DNA of 64,000 bases from Haplodiscus bocki (lineage: Eukaryota), in assembly GCA_965655095.1 (NCBI GenBank), contig OZ296656.1:22568001-22632000 (forward strand). Direction: 5' to 3'. The position numbers and the translations under genes are program-made. Position 1 is the stretch's first letter; each line of letters begins with the position of its first letter. This document shows positions 14,501 to 28,066 of the stretch, piece by piece. The notes under the pieces were generated by a model. The model did not search any database. It had not been told where the DNA came from and worked only from the letters and a program-made list of their open reading frames with translations.

Positions 14501-16134
14501 ACGGACGAAAAAATTGTAGGAAACGAGGCTGTAGCACCTTTGGAAAACTCAACCTAGTAGGCCAAATCTCGGCAGTTGCTGCTTTCAAATAGTTTCAGTT
14601 GGTTGTGACATGATTAGTGATAGTCGCGAAGCTCTAATGCGCTGGCGCATTTTCAAAGTATCAACATTACACTAAAAGTGTTAAAAAAATAGACTTTCCG
14701 AAAAAAATGGAATGGATTTACCGGGGAAATTGTTTGAAGTTTCAGACTGAAAAAAGAACAGAAAAAAGATTCTCGACCTTGCACAAAAAACAGTTGAGCG
14801 CAAGGTTTGGGAAGCCAACAAATTAACATTTCCCCTGCAAACAGTACGAATTAAACTAAAAAAGATTTTAAAAAACGTTCAGATCAAAACTGTTGGAACT
14901 TTGCAAAACTAGAACTAAGAGGTCAAGTCCTGATATGTTCAGTTTTATGTAGACTTGGCTCGTCTTGACATGCTCAAATTTTTCGTAGTCTCAGCTGATT
15001 GTGACATGATCAGTGACATTGGCAGGTCTACCACGTGCCGGAACAGATTCAGAGCTCCACCATTACAAAGAAAATTACACAAAATTAAGGTCTTTCCGAA
15101 AACGTTGGTTTCATCTAATAACCGTCTGATTCCTCCAGCCTTGAAACTCAAAACTTTCAGGTTTGGCAATAGAGGAGAAAACAAAGAAACCACAAAAACT
15201 CAAAGGCAACATCGGAAGATGGACCTTGTAAGCAGGAACTAACAAACTAAAACTTTTTTGAGAGAGGTCTCCAGGTTAAAACTGTCAAAACTTCCGCAAG
15301 ACTCCAACTAGTCAAGTCGTAAAATGATCAATTTTTTGGTGAACTTGCTTGGCCATGGCAAGTTCAATGACACTACCAATGCTGCCACGTTCAGGCCCAG
15401 ACTCCAGTCCCCTGCAGTTCTCCCACACTTATGCTCGAAATATGCTCGAAAAGCTTCGTGAGCTTTTGTCAAATGAATGATTGACCATGAGTTTCTCAAA
15501 CTTCAAGGAGTGAGAAAATCAGATTTTTGTAGTTACAAGTTTTTTCTGGTAAAACATCATTAACGGCGTTCAACCGGAACGATAACGGCGTTAACGGCGC
15601 ACCTTGTCGTTGTAAAGGCGTTAATGGTGTTTTGCTTGTTGCTTGTAAGTTAACAGCGTTAGCGGCGTTTACGCCACTATACCGGAAAAATATCGGCGTT
15701 TTCCCAAAAAAGTTCGACTCGGGCACTGAACAACAATGCTTGACTCTATAAAATGGTCAAACCCATTTTTTTAAATTTGTTACTGGGTCCTTCTTGATTA
15801 GTCCTGAGCCGCCCTTCCTTCTCTTAAATGTTGCTAAAGTTTAGCCAAGTTTTTGAAGCATTCAACGAACTCCATTTTTTCCAGATTGTGTCTCAGAAAA
15901 TCTTCGAAATCTTTTGCTTTCCTCTGCTCCTGTTTTAATTGGTTGCCAGAGTTTCAGCAGATCTGCGGAGTTTGCAACAGATAACCTTCAGCAAAGTTTC
16001 AGACCCCAATTCAGGAGAAAAGTGATAGAGTGATTGATTAAGAAACAATACAAAATATTTCTTTTGAATCATGTATAAAGATCCGTAACTATACGTATCA
16101 CTCCCTGGTGAACTGATACAGACTAGGACGTAAC

Positions 16135-17872
16135 TGTCGCAGCACGCCTGCGAGGCCTGGGGGACAAGCACTCCCGGAAGTAAAGGACATCCCAGCTCCT
16201 TCTACAAAATAGACTGGAAACTCAACAATCAATAAAGTTTGTACATAGTGTTGTCTTAATGTAAATGATACGTAACGCCCACGTATCACCTTTTGAAATT
16301 GTGTTCATATAGACGATACGTAGTGTCTACGTATCGTTCTTTTTTAATATTTTCATGTAAATAGCACGTATCGTATAGGTGCAAATCTGGTGTACGGATC
16401 CAGATTGAGAAGGAACACCTACGGAACAAACGGATACTTACATATTTTCCTAATTACATATTTATATTATTAGAAAGTGATAAATTTATAAGCATTTGTG
16501 TCTCTATTCTTATAAGTCCACCTTTTCAATGATCAGAATGGCGACTTAAATTGTAATTGATAAATGTCAGTAAGGTTGCTGTGGCTATGATTGCAAATAT
16601 AGAGTTTGACTTTAAAAGTGAATATTTGTTCCGTTCGCGTTCCCTCGCTAACAATCTGGTGACGTCACTAGAATTAAATCCAATCCACTGTCCTACTATA
16701 CTGTGGCAATTTGTCCAAACACGGAGCGGTTCCGTAGCCACTCAATACATTCTTCTCAGTAGCACTTCAATAAGCAATGCTACAGGCGGCTACGAAGTCG
16801 TTCCGGAACGCTTTGGCCAAAAAGAGGAAACAGCTAGTAGAAGTGAGAAACGAAGTAGGAACAAGCCGCGCTTTGTTCCAAAAGTATACATAATCGATGC
16901 AGTGAAATCGCATGTCAATTTCTGACATGCAAATAAGATTTTTCCTTCATTCATTCCTTTAATACTGGATGCAATTACTAATAGTTTAGTATTATGGGAA
17001 AACCTTTTGATCTCTTGTTTGTAATAATAAAAAATCTGTCGGCGCGGGGATAAGCCTTTTGATGTCCTTTTTTTTAAAGATTAGGCCCGTACTGTTTCCG
17101 TCGAAAGATGTAAAACCGCGGCCTATGTAAAGAGATATGGTTGGAAAGGTGTTTAATTCCCGCCATAGTCGGCATTTCTGCTTTATAGATAAAATGAATA
17201 AAGTAACTTTCCCTATTTGCACATCAAATTGGCGTCTAAAGAGTTTTGTTTCCTGCCAAGTAAAAAATATAAATAGGTGGAAAGAAAGTACTAGTACTCT
17301 AATAATTTGTATTGTTGAAGCACCATTTAACCCTTTGTAACTCAGTTAATTGTCGTTGAAAACTATTTCTCCCTCAAAGAGAAAATTTTATCCTGTCAAG
17401 AACACATTTTCAGAATGAAAAATCAAGTCATTCTTCACAACTGTTGAGCTTTTCTCTCCTTGAAATTATGGCAAGTCAACGGATTGTGCGAAAGTTAGCA
17501 GCTCGTACAAAAGAAACACAGGAAACTGAGAGAAACAGCCAGTTGCAGAACACGTTCGTTGGAGGTATGACCGAAGAGTACATTACACAAAGTTCAGAGG
17601 AGATTGTAGGCAGGGTTACTGAAAAACTGTCCGAAGAATTTAGTCGAACAGAGTCACGTGTTGCAGGTGCTCTGCCCAAACCTGACGAAATTCGTCGAAC
17701 ACGCGAATACGGACATGCTCCGGAACCGTTCCGAAAACAAACCAGAACAGTGACTTAGAAAACCAGGAACCCACTAGAAATCGTTCCCAGAATGATCCCT
17801 ATCCCAAAATGGAGCTCTCTACTTGTCGGACCAGCAACTTAGCTGATTCAGATCAGGAGAAAACCCTTAACA
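16135..17872 (+). repeat. 5' LTR of copy A (~1.74 kb)
   Basis: Begins TGTCGCAGCAC exactly where similarity to the post-PPT sequence at 27988 begins; ends ACA immediately before TGGTG; contains TGACGTCA (16660) and CCAAT (~16681). Confidence 0.8.
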
Positions 17873-20800
17873 TGGTGCCAAGAACTCAAGAAGGGATTCA
17901 CTTTTGCTACCTTGGGACTTCTTCAGGGAAACAAAAGAAGGCGCGCTCCACAAATCAGCCACCGTTTCGCAGTAAGAACATCTCTGTGACGATAGATGCA
18001 GACGAAATTTCGTCGAACCTTCAAAAATTAGCGAGCAGCATTAATTCAGCCACTTTCAATCACAACATCGCCAGAAATATAAAACTGCCCAAATCCCTCA
18101 CGACGACAATTCCCACATTCAGTGGGGAATCACAAAATTTTGAACTGCTTGTAGACCGAAAGAATCTGACAGAAGTTCTGACTGTGTCCTGTAGAAAATA
18201 TGTCAAACCCCAGTCATTGGCTACGGCAAAACACAAATTTCAACATCTAGTCTTCAATCCAGCGAACCAGAAGTTAATTGATTTCATGGATTAACTCCAT
18301 AAACTAGCAGAAGATGCTTCCGGAGTCGCCACCGAGGCGATCATAGAGCAATTCATATATGCCAAGATGCCTCCAAAACTGAAGAAATCAATCAACTTGG
18401 CTCATTTGGAGAATGGTGCGTATAAAAAATGTGTCGCATCTTGAACGGATTTAGATTTATATGGTATGGAAGCCCCAGATATCTGCAGAAAAAAACTTTG
18501 ACGCAATAAACCGAAAGACCGACTCCTGAGAAACCCAAACCAAGTTGTTACCACGGCAAAAGGCCACGCCACCACAGAAATCAGTGCCAGCAAGTCAAAC
18601 GAGAAAAAGACCAAGCCTAAAACACCACAGATAGTGCTGGTAACAGTACTAACAACAACAGTGGTCAAACAAACTCCAATTCCAACAACAAGAACACCAA
18701 TAAAAACAATGCAAACAATCGAATTGACGGAAAACAAAGGACCGTCTACCCACCCTGTGACACCTGCAGCAAAACCAACCATTCCACAGAGAAATATACT
18801 TTGGAGCCAATGCAGCCAAAAGACCACCTCCCTGGAACAGAAGACTGGAAGCTTAGAATCAGGTCCAACAGAGAGACAATCAAAGTAATTCGAACGATAG
18901 CGCTCAAGATGCAGCCCAAACGTAAACTACAAACGCCACGTCTTCACTCCGTGACTGCAGTTGACAGACCGGAGACCAGCACAAAAGAACTTCTACCGGT
19001 TCCCATGGTTGTCTTGCATCAACCCCCGGAGACATCTGTCAATTACCACAAGTTGGATAAAATTCTTATTGATGACTTTACAATGCAAAGTAATGTAGAC
19101 ACTCCAGAACTCAAAACTGCACAATTATCTGACATAGCGAGTCAGACGTCACCACCAGAAGGAGTTCAACCACAAAACCACGTAATTGCAACGGAACGAT
19201 CCCAAGGAAGTCAAACACGAAACTAACTTTTATCGCTTCCCATTCGCTCCAATATTTGTCCTACCGACATCCAAGAAACAGTAAGGCACACAATGACTAC
19301 CCTTAAAGGAGATACCAATTTCCCGTCCCACAATTACAACCCGCACATTGAAGAAAAATTAGTGAGAGATGAGCAGACCAATGATTTATATCTCCCGTTA
19401 ACGTCTACAGTAGTCCCCAAACGCGAACAGAAAATGCTGTATGTGCCTTTTGATTTCAAGAATAACCTAACAACGGATGCTTTGGTAGAGTTGAGAGCAT
19501 CTGTCAGTGCGATCGCCCAGAACGAATTCGACACAATAAAACAACAAGCCTTGAACAAGATCTTAAAAAACGACGACACTCCCAATTTTCAAAAACAAGT
19601 AGGAAACTGCCAGTTAGAGAAACTCTTAGCAGCAGTTTGACTTGAAATTGATGTCGGAGAAAACACACTTGATGAAAAATTCGTCGTAGTGGAGAAGATG
19701 ACAGTGCCAATCAAAGGTTTGCACTTCAGGACTATTACAAGTGTTGTCATTAACACGACGCATGGCCACAAACATTTCCTGCACCTGACAATGCAAGTCA
19801 AAACTCCCTCAAGTGAAACAAGAGCAGAACCCCAGGCTGCCCTCACTGACAACGCCGTGACAATACCACCAGAGAAAACGAAAGCAATCACGACTTTTGT
19901 TGACTAACCCTCAGAATGGAATACAAGATGTACTGTGACAGCATTGAAGAAATTTACGGAAGCAGCAAGTCTGGTGATTTGCCAGTCAATGTCAACCATA
20001 TTTGAAAGGAAATTAGCAGTCAGAGTAAACAACCAGGGGCATGACCATATTCAATCAAAAAGAAGACGCAAATTGCCGAGTTCTCCGTAGTCACTCCGGA
20101 GCAGACCAAAATAATCAAACCAGTGGAGTTGGCAAACCTCAGTAAGATTCCGTAAGTTGCTCCAGAACTGACAATCTATTTGAACGTTGAATGAACTCCT
20201 GGGAACAAATGAACCAGAACAACAAAACAACATTTTCTGTTTTCCAACACCTGCAAATCATCGCAAATTTGAAGATCACACCCCAATTCAAACACGAATC
20301 GTCAAAAACTGTCTCCAGCCATAATCTGCCGAAATTCCAACCCCCTTGAAAGAAAACCAATGGGTTGTTTTTATCTCTGATGCACATTTATGGAATCATT
20401 ATAGTACTGCTTCTTTCCAGAAACGCAAGTCCCATTTTGGCACAGAGAAAACCCAACGGAAAACTACGTCTTCATGTCAAGCTCAGAAAAATCAACAACC
20501 TAATTGCGGTTAAACCAACCAAAAACAATCATCCTGCTACCATTTTGTCAGATGCGGCATAACAGTTGGTAGGGAAGTCTTTTTTCTGCAAACTAGGTTC
20601 CTCTCTTCTTTATCACAGTTTGCAGAAGGCGGACCAACGATCAGTTGAAAAGCTGGCATTCACTTCTGCCAGCAAAACCTTTGCCTACAAAAGACTTTCA
20701 CAAGGGCTCATCAGATCTGTATCTGCCTTTTCAAGTTTCATGCGTGAGAACTTGGACACAGTTGTCAAAACTGGTCAAGGCGCTCAGTACTTAGACGATA

Positions 20801-23580
20801 GTGGAAGTGAGGCCAACAGTGCTACGGGACTTACTGCTGAATTTTTAGGCAGTCTTCAGGTGCATTCGCCAGGGAGAACTAAAGCTGACCTCAGGAAAAT
20901 GTCAATTTGCTGTCTGAGAAAAAAAATTTCTTGGCCGAACTATTTCGCTAGAAGGAGTTTCATCGCACTCTCGGAAGATTCACAAAATTTTGACAAACTC
21001 AAATTCCCCAAATCAAAAAGGCCTAACAGCGCTATCTGGGATTCGTAAATGACAAGAGAACTTATTTTCCCAGACTGTCCGAATTAGTAGCTCTCAAAGC
21101 AGAAGTGCCAATCATTATCACATCAGAGCAGAAAGACACCTTTGAGGCAGTGAACAAAGCGTTAAGTGAAGTCTGCAAGTTAGCCATGAAACAGCCCAAT
21201 TCAGAGAAGCAATTTGTCCTGATGACCAACGCAAGCTTCAAGATCGAGTATGTTCCTGACCAGAAAATACAAAGAAAGCAGAAAACGTACGCTCCCGTGG
21301 CATTCGGATCCAAAATCTTCTTCCCAGCGCAACTCAAAGTGTCCATCTACTCGAACGAATTTTAGGCAGTCTTCAAAGCAATTCTTGAGTTTTCATTTTT
21401 TTGTGGTAAGCAGCAGAACCGACAACCAGTCTGACAGATACAAAACCAGTTCTGCGATTTTTCCAGACGAAAGCAATTCCACCAGCGCTGTGGAATGAAT
21501 GTGACTAATTGTTGCATTTTAACTTCGAAATAGTACACACTGCCGGGTCAGCCAAGACAGCAGCTGATTTTCTCTTTAGACTAGAACTCAACGTTACGGG
21601 GAAGATACGTCTCAAAATACGGGACGACCTTCAAACAACACTCCTGAGGTGACAACTTCTTCCTCGGACGTCGCTGATGAAAGACAATTATTCTTCACTC
21701 AAGCAGACAATGAGAACGAATCAGAAGAAAAGACCTTTCACCGAAAGAAACAAACTCGACAAGACGCAAGGAAATGGGTTATAAACTCGAAACAATGCGC
21801 ATTGACGACTAGCGTCAAAAAAATTTCAAAGATCGACGAAAACTTTACGTCCTACTCCATCAAAAAAACCAGGCAATTTTGCGAATACGAATGAAGCAAG
21901 ACATCTATCTAGCTCTGAAGAATTCAAAACTTAAAAAACTGGGCCATTTTTTTGATGCTGTGCTCCTAATGACAGACAAACGATACAGCACTATAAAGCA
22001 GACGAGGATTGCATAACCCTCAAAGATGGCCTATTGTTCTGGATATATGACGGAGAAACTTGTAGAGTTAAATACTACCAAATTGTCATTCCAAAGCAAA
22101 TAAACAAATAAATGTCCCGGAGCCTGCACGGAGAAACTAGAAAGCACTCAGGAGTTACCAGATCAATAGTTGCTCACAAAGAAAAGTACTAAAATCGGAA
22201 CATAGCGCAACTGATCAGGGAATGGGTCATTTCACGTAAGCAAGGCATTAGAGATTCACGGTTCGATCTTAGACTCGCCAGCTCACCCCTGAAAAATGCT
22301 ATCGAATACTTCACAGCAGCCGAAGACGCCATGCAAATTGAGTTGGAGCCTAAATTGTCTCTGATCGTTGGCGACGACAAGATAGTGACAGCCAAAGATG
22401 TAATTTCCTGCAATTTTTTGCCGACCCTACATCCGACCAAAAAGCCAAAACAGTTGCAAAGTCAACGTTATCATAATGATCAAGCACGTCAACTTACCAA
22501 CGACACTAAAGTCGGACAAAGAATCTGTCTTTTGTGTCTCACGTAACCAAAGAAGTAGCTAGAGTCCATAGAATTACTTTGAAGCACGTCACAAAAAATC
22601 ACGCAAAAATAATGGCCATGCTTGAACTATCTCACGCGTCATAAAAAGAAGCGTTAAAGGTTGCAAAAAGCAAGCCAAATCAAGGTGGCTTAATTACATC
22701 TGCATTGTTTTCCTTAAATACAACCCTTCTTACAACGCAAGCATTAGCTATGAGCCAAACTGAGTGTTTAATGGATGTATTCCTAAAATTGTCCTGGATT
22801 TAAAATTGGGCAATACTTCGCAGCAAGCATTCTTAACCAATTTGCAAAAAGTTGAACATGTTTTCGAAGAAACGGAAATGATCTACAAAATTTTCCGCAA
22901 AAATGCGATGCAAGCTTACATCAAAATGAAGCCTAATACGATATACGACAAGAACGTCAACGCTTCAAAATTCAAACAAGCACATTATGTTTCTGTCTTG
23001 CAGCCGAAATCAGACTATTAGGGAATTGGAAACCTTTTCACAGAACTCCGGTGGATTGAACCGTATATTATTGAAGAGAACTTACCAAACAACAAATACT
23101 TGCTAGGCAAAGTTTGGACCGACGAAAAGCATGTGCTTCATCGCATACCACTACGTCATTTCACACTTTGACAAACCAAAACCGATGTACAAATCACGCC
23201 ACAAAAAGTGAATCTCTATCTGAACGGGAGCTTTAAACATGATAATTTGTACGCCAGAGCATGGCCACGCGAAGACGGAAGGCCAAATTTTGATAACAAT
23301 CACAATAATGTGGCGACACCCGATTCAACCGAAATTGCAGTAAAATCTGACTTACCAACCGATGGAGCGGCTCTTACTGAAGGAATCTCACGAAGAGGTT
23401 TCCCAGAACTTTTTCCCAAACTTATGAGTTATGTGACGGAACAGACACGTCTTTGCACATAGAACCTGATGTGGAAACGAGTTCAGAACAACCTAACCTT
23501 ATCCCTACTAAACCACGCTGTACGAAAAAAAATTACGTTACAATCCGAAGCCGAATTGTATTGATGATTTTAGATAGTAA
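17468..23580 (+). pseudogene. decayed gag-pol polyprotein (Gag with two zinc-knuckle remnants, aspartic protease, RT, RNase H, integrase)
   Basis: Protease DALVELRASVSAI (from ALVDSGA); RT ASPILAQRKPNGKLRL and AQYLDD; RNase H FVLMTNASF and VAFGSK; integrase region ~22100-23100. PR-RT-RH-IN order is Ty3/Gypsy. Numerous stops and frameshifts. Confidence 0.92.
17873..17887 (+). promoter_or_regulatory. Primer-binding site (degenerate, possibly tRNA-Leu type)
   Basis: CA|TGGTGCCAAGAACTC; the equivalent position reads TGATGACATGA in copies C (29435) and D (2605); the 3' LTR of copy C stops at about this point (46168). Confidence 0.6.
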
Positions 23581-23899
23581 ACATTTTAGCTGCATGAGTG
23601 TGTTCCACGGAACGCATAAGGAGACACTCCAAAAAAATTCGGAAAGGGGTTCGGAACCAAAACGTAGCTATTCAGAAGTTTCCTCTTAATTTTTTTTGGA
23701 TATTCCATGCCGACTGACTCACTTACTGTTCAGTATTACCTGCTTCAGAAACACGGCCACTAAGGTTAAATTCATCTCCATTTTCAGGCCGGATACATAC
23801 CATACTATGGATTATTATTTTTTGATTATCCGACTAAAGACTATATACAACAATTTCAGATTAATGCAATGAGGACGGCAGTTTAATAAAACAGACGAA

Positions 23900-26800
23900 G
23901 GTAAATAAAGTCGAATAATGAAAAAATAATGCTGCAAAGTATCCCTATGACATGCCATATTGAAAACAAGGGCGGTAGGTCGATCCCCCAAACTTCGAGC
24001 GAAGTCCTGCGAGAAGGCTGTACTGCCAGGGCGGATGGATAACATGGATCCTCTACCAAGGATCGTCTCTGAGGCGTTACAGGAGGACTCGCAGACTCAC
24101 ATTTGCGAGGCAATCTCAAGAGTCTCGAGAAATTCTCTTCTTTCGTTCGCCATGGAAGCACGAACTTTGCTGGACGCAGGAGGAACAGGAGCGAGAGAAA
24201 CAACTGGCACGTATTCGACACACCCCTCTTTCACGACAATGGAGATCCGCACCCCGGACTTGACGAGGTCTCACTTCGAGAGTGCCACTATGGTACCATT
24301 GCTCACTGGCTTTCTTTGCAGTACGCCTGCGCGAGTTAGCCCGGTCCCAGTAAGCACGCAAATTAGTCACAACTTGGCCTGCACTCACTGTCTCCACATG
24401 GCTCCACGGAGCATAAACGTGGCTTGAAGTGATAGTGTCAGCGATGGCCGCATATTCGGAGACAATCGTCAGGTCCGATTCCCGAAAGAAGCTCCTTCAA
24501 AAGCTCATCTACGAGCTTGTTGAAACGCTGTATAGGAGCAACATCATCCGCATCAATCACAATTGTAGTGCAGAAACAGCCCACTCTTTGTCCTACAAGC
24601 AATTTTGAAGCGACAGTGGACAGCAGACAATTCACCAACTCGTCAAGGAGGTTACGGGAATCACGGTGAAACACAGTATTCAAATCGTGGTTTCCAACTT
24701 TGTTCGGAGGTTTCATCACGCGCGTCCCGGCAAGAAAGTCCTGCTCAGTTATGGCAGGCACTCGGGAGTCATTGAGTGTAACATACTCCCGCTCCCACTG
24801 ATCTAAAAACGGCAAACAGGAGCTTTTTTTAATTCTCCGCACCAGGCAGTAGATAAACGGCGCCAATTCTCCAAAGCATGATACCGTTAATCTTCTGCAA
24901 ATGGGTATTGAGTCAAATTCTTGGCAACTGAAACAGCAACCTATGTCACAGTCATAGAAACAACTCCAATATAACCCAGAATTTTCCACGATGCGTGAAA
25001 TTCACCAAAATGAAAGTGTGGAACCAACGGGGAAGATTACTAGTGCGTTCTTAGAACATCGTGTAACTAAACCGGAATGACGACGTAACCAAATACAGAA
25101 CAGCAGAGACATCACTAAAAACTCAAAGACCTCAAGCAGCATATGGAACAAACGTAACTTGAGCCGCGCGAACTGGTCCTAATAAAAATAGCCGTATCTC
25201 ACATTTTTCTAACTTTCATAAATACTAAATACATGGGTTCGAAATTGTGATAAAGCAACAGAAAAAGGAAAACCTTACCACAAGACTATCACCGTCATCC
25301 TTGCAACCTGTCTCTTAATGAGACAATTAACGACCACATACGAATGATTTTTGTCACAGCGTTTACGAGATATGGCATCGTTAGGTCGTTTGTTAAGATA
25401 GTTTCTTTAAGGGCGGCGCGAGATGACATCTAATCCTGTGTCTCAGCGCCTTTCAACCAATTGACCATGAACTCAGTCATTACGAATGCGTCTGAGCTGC
25501 CGAGGACGTTGGAGGTTATGCGCTGCAAAGAAATTTTAAAGAGGCGGAGATTCAAAAATGTGTAGCCAATCAGTTTTTGACGGTACCCACAGCCGAAAAA
25601 GTTGCAATTTGCCTCATCAATAACAATTGATTAACCGCGGAGTGATACAACACACAAATCAGTTCCCAAAGCATATACAAAGTGACCTAGAACAGCAAAT
25701 TCAAGATGAGAGTTGTCCCTGTACCGGTCCAAATTTGCCACACACACCCTGCAAAGCACATCATGATCCCACTTTCGCAAGAAGACCCACACTTCTTCAC
25801 CCCGTTCTTCGATTAGGATGCCCCAACCCCGATGCATTTTCGCCCGATTGATAACACGTGACAAAATCCGAAGGTGGTTCCCATTGAGGATAAGAGAGTA
25901 AACACGCAACAAAAAATTGAACATATAACGATACGCACGCAATAAGTAGGAAGTGGAAATACCAATCAAGACCTCGTCACATGACCACATCACGTCTACG
26001 TTCACAAGTCTACGAGACCAAGTGAACTGCGCGCAGAGCTGATACACCAGCTCGTAACTCCCTCCCAGCCGCAAAACCTCAACCAGGGAAAACTTTTTCG
26101 GTGTTACTGAAATATTGGGATCAACAGCGCCAGACTCGTCCACAATCAGGTCTTCTGAGAAGGAGTATTCCCTGTCTTGCACAAGCAAAGGAGCTCTCCA
26201 GGGGCTCTAGCGTTGACGTTCCAGTCCAGCAGGGTTCATTGGGGTGCCCTCATAATCCAGCAACTCGCAGCCTGGTGTCTCCAACCTCAACCGTTGGTCG
26301 CAAGAAAAAGTATGCTGCCTTGAAAATTCCGCAAGATCTCATGGGGACCGTGAGTGAGCAGGAACACGTCCTTGCAACGCACGCAACTGAAAAAAGGACT
26401 GCCTCGTGCAACAACATATTTCGGTGCAGTCACAAAAAGGCGGCCGACATCGCTTGCCTTCCACACCGTCCTCATCTTGTTGGTCGGCTTAGACCGCACC
26501 CTCGGTCGAGGTTGACTCACATCGGTCTCATCACCACTTGTTTCGCTAGTATCTAATGTCCAAGGAAATACATATGATGGTCCTTGTTCCTTCTCTCCAA
26601 AGAGCTCAAAACGTCGTCTCACTCTGTGAACAACAAAACATAAAAAGAGGGTGAGAAAAAACCATACGTGGTTGACACGGGACAGTACTCATTTGTCTTT
26701 ATGGGATCAAAAATCTGCGCACTCAAATCCGCACAGATAGAGCGAAACAATGTGACAAGCTGGTGACCCGTCGCCTTGATAGGTGTGACAACATGGTCGG

Positions 26801-27030
26801 CAAAAAAGTGGCCTAAAACAAAATATAGTGCACCCAACTTCAAATTCAGTTTCGGAACAACCCGGAACACCTGAACCATTTTTTCTTGAAAGAACAGTAG
26901 GCTCACCAGGAAAATCAATTACTGAAACGCAACAGTCCATGATGCCTTCTTCATGCACAGACACGCGCTTGCCTTGTCGGGGACGTCAGCCTTGCTTTTG
27001 TCTGAGTGAAATTCATTTTCATTCAATGAA
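23900..27030 (-). pseudogene. antisense cargo gene of copy A (zinc finger, hAT-transposase-like, spliced)
   Basis: Fragments 26619-26918, 26287-26622 (CVRCKDVFLLTHGPHEILRNF), 25631-26188 and 24438-24989 are collinear with the genes at 51810-54675 and 35250-38970; most of the acidic first exon appears deleted. Confidence 0.78.
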
Positions 27031-27120
27031 TGGCGTGCCTAGTACATGGTGGTTATATATTTCTATCCATTAAAAATCATAAATATTGATTTTCAAGTTT
27101 GATTAATTTGTCTTCCTGCA

Positions 27121-27312
27121 ATGACGTCAGCATGCATTTTGAAGGACGCATTGAGGAACGGTACTCAGGTGTTCTTTATTTTCAAATTCCTTCGTTTTGC
27201 GGTTTGTTCACATCCCATCAACGTCAACTTTACTTCTCACTTCAAATTTTCATCAACTCTGACTCGTAACGCGGGAACATCAAAGACTATGCCGCTGGGT
27301 GAAAGTGAATGA
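27121..27312 (+). CDS. small accessory ORF Z (copy A, truncated)
   Basis: MTSACILKDALRN aligns without gaps to 51418-51696 with several synonymous third-position changes. Confidence 0.5.
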   Translation: MTSACILKDALRNGTQVFFIFKFLRFAVCSHPINVNFTSHFKFSSTLTRNAGTSKTMPLGESE

Positions 27313-27394
27313 ACGTTTCGCGCATTACCTAATCACTTTCATATTTAATATTTCAAAAATAAGTTGTCCATACAAAGTCTTCATTTTGATCGAA

Positions 27395-28066
27395 ATGTTT
27401 CGACCAACTACCCCTGAATCAAGCAACTGAGCCATGTCCTATGTGAAGAGGTTGGATGAAGCAAGTCGTCGGATGAAGCAAGTCCACTCAGCCACAATGC
27501 CCCAATTATCCTCAATTAAGCGGAAACTTCCGCGTTCCTAATAAGAGAATTGAAAACTATAATAATCGTCGCTTCTCCGGAACTAAATAGTATTACCCTT
27601 GGTTCCGACTCAATTAAGCCGATAGTTCCATACGTGTTCGGGAGGCAGACAATTATTGTACCACCCAGTCTCGATTACTTAAATCTACCACCCAACCCCT
27701 CAAATATCCTAGCAACGGTTACAGTGGTGCAGCCCACAACGCCACAGTCCGAAGAAAGAGACAGTACTCTATGACCGGTACCGTCAGACTTTTCCCCAAT
27801 CTCAACGCCGTCAATGAATAATAGCGAAGTAGGAAGATGGGATACTTCTTCGTACGGAACCTTCTTCGTACGGAACCTTCTTCGCCGAGGTGAGTCTATC
27901 TCATATTCAGTCCAACTCCTCCGTAGCCACCCAGAAAACAGAAACGAAGGCTCGGCACAGAGATGTCTTTTGCAAAAAGAGGGGGAGTGTCGCAGTACGC
28001 AGCCAGTGGCCCAGTCCTTCCGGAATTCTGGAAGTAAAGGACATCCCAGATCATTCTACAAAATAG
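27395..28066 (+). pseudogene. accessory ORF Y (S/P/T-rich, reads through the PPT into the 3' LTR)
   Basis: PYVFGRQTIIVPPSLDYLNLPPNPSNILAT matches copy B PYGFGRQLPIVPPSLNDLNFPP; interrupted by stops and frameshifts. Confidence 0.6.
27974..27987 (+). promoter_or_regulatory. Polypurine tract
   Basis: AAAAAGAGGGGGAG directly before TGTCGC; equivalents at 50824-50837 (minus) and 45304-45313. Confidence 0.85.

Larger units (their letters stand above)
6334..15723. mobile_element. Non-autonomous CACTA/EnSpm(CMC)-like DNA transposon, long copy
   Basis: TIR CCCGAGTCGAA...TTCGACTCGGG flanked by CA on both sides (2-bp TSD); subterminal GTTAACGGC-type repeats at both ends; same ends as 39049-40663. Confidence 0.75.

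Noticed and set aside
23600-27987. env gene / errantivirus
   Set aside because: No sense-strand ORF with signal peptide, furin site or TM anchor; the long coding signal is antisense.
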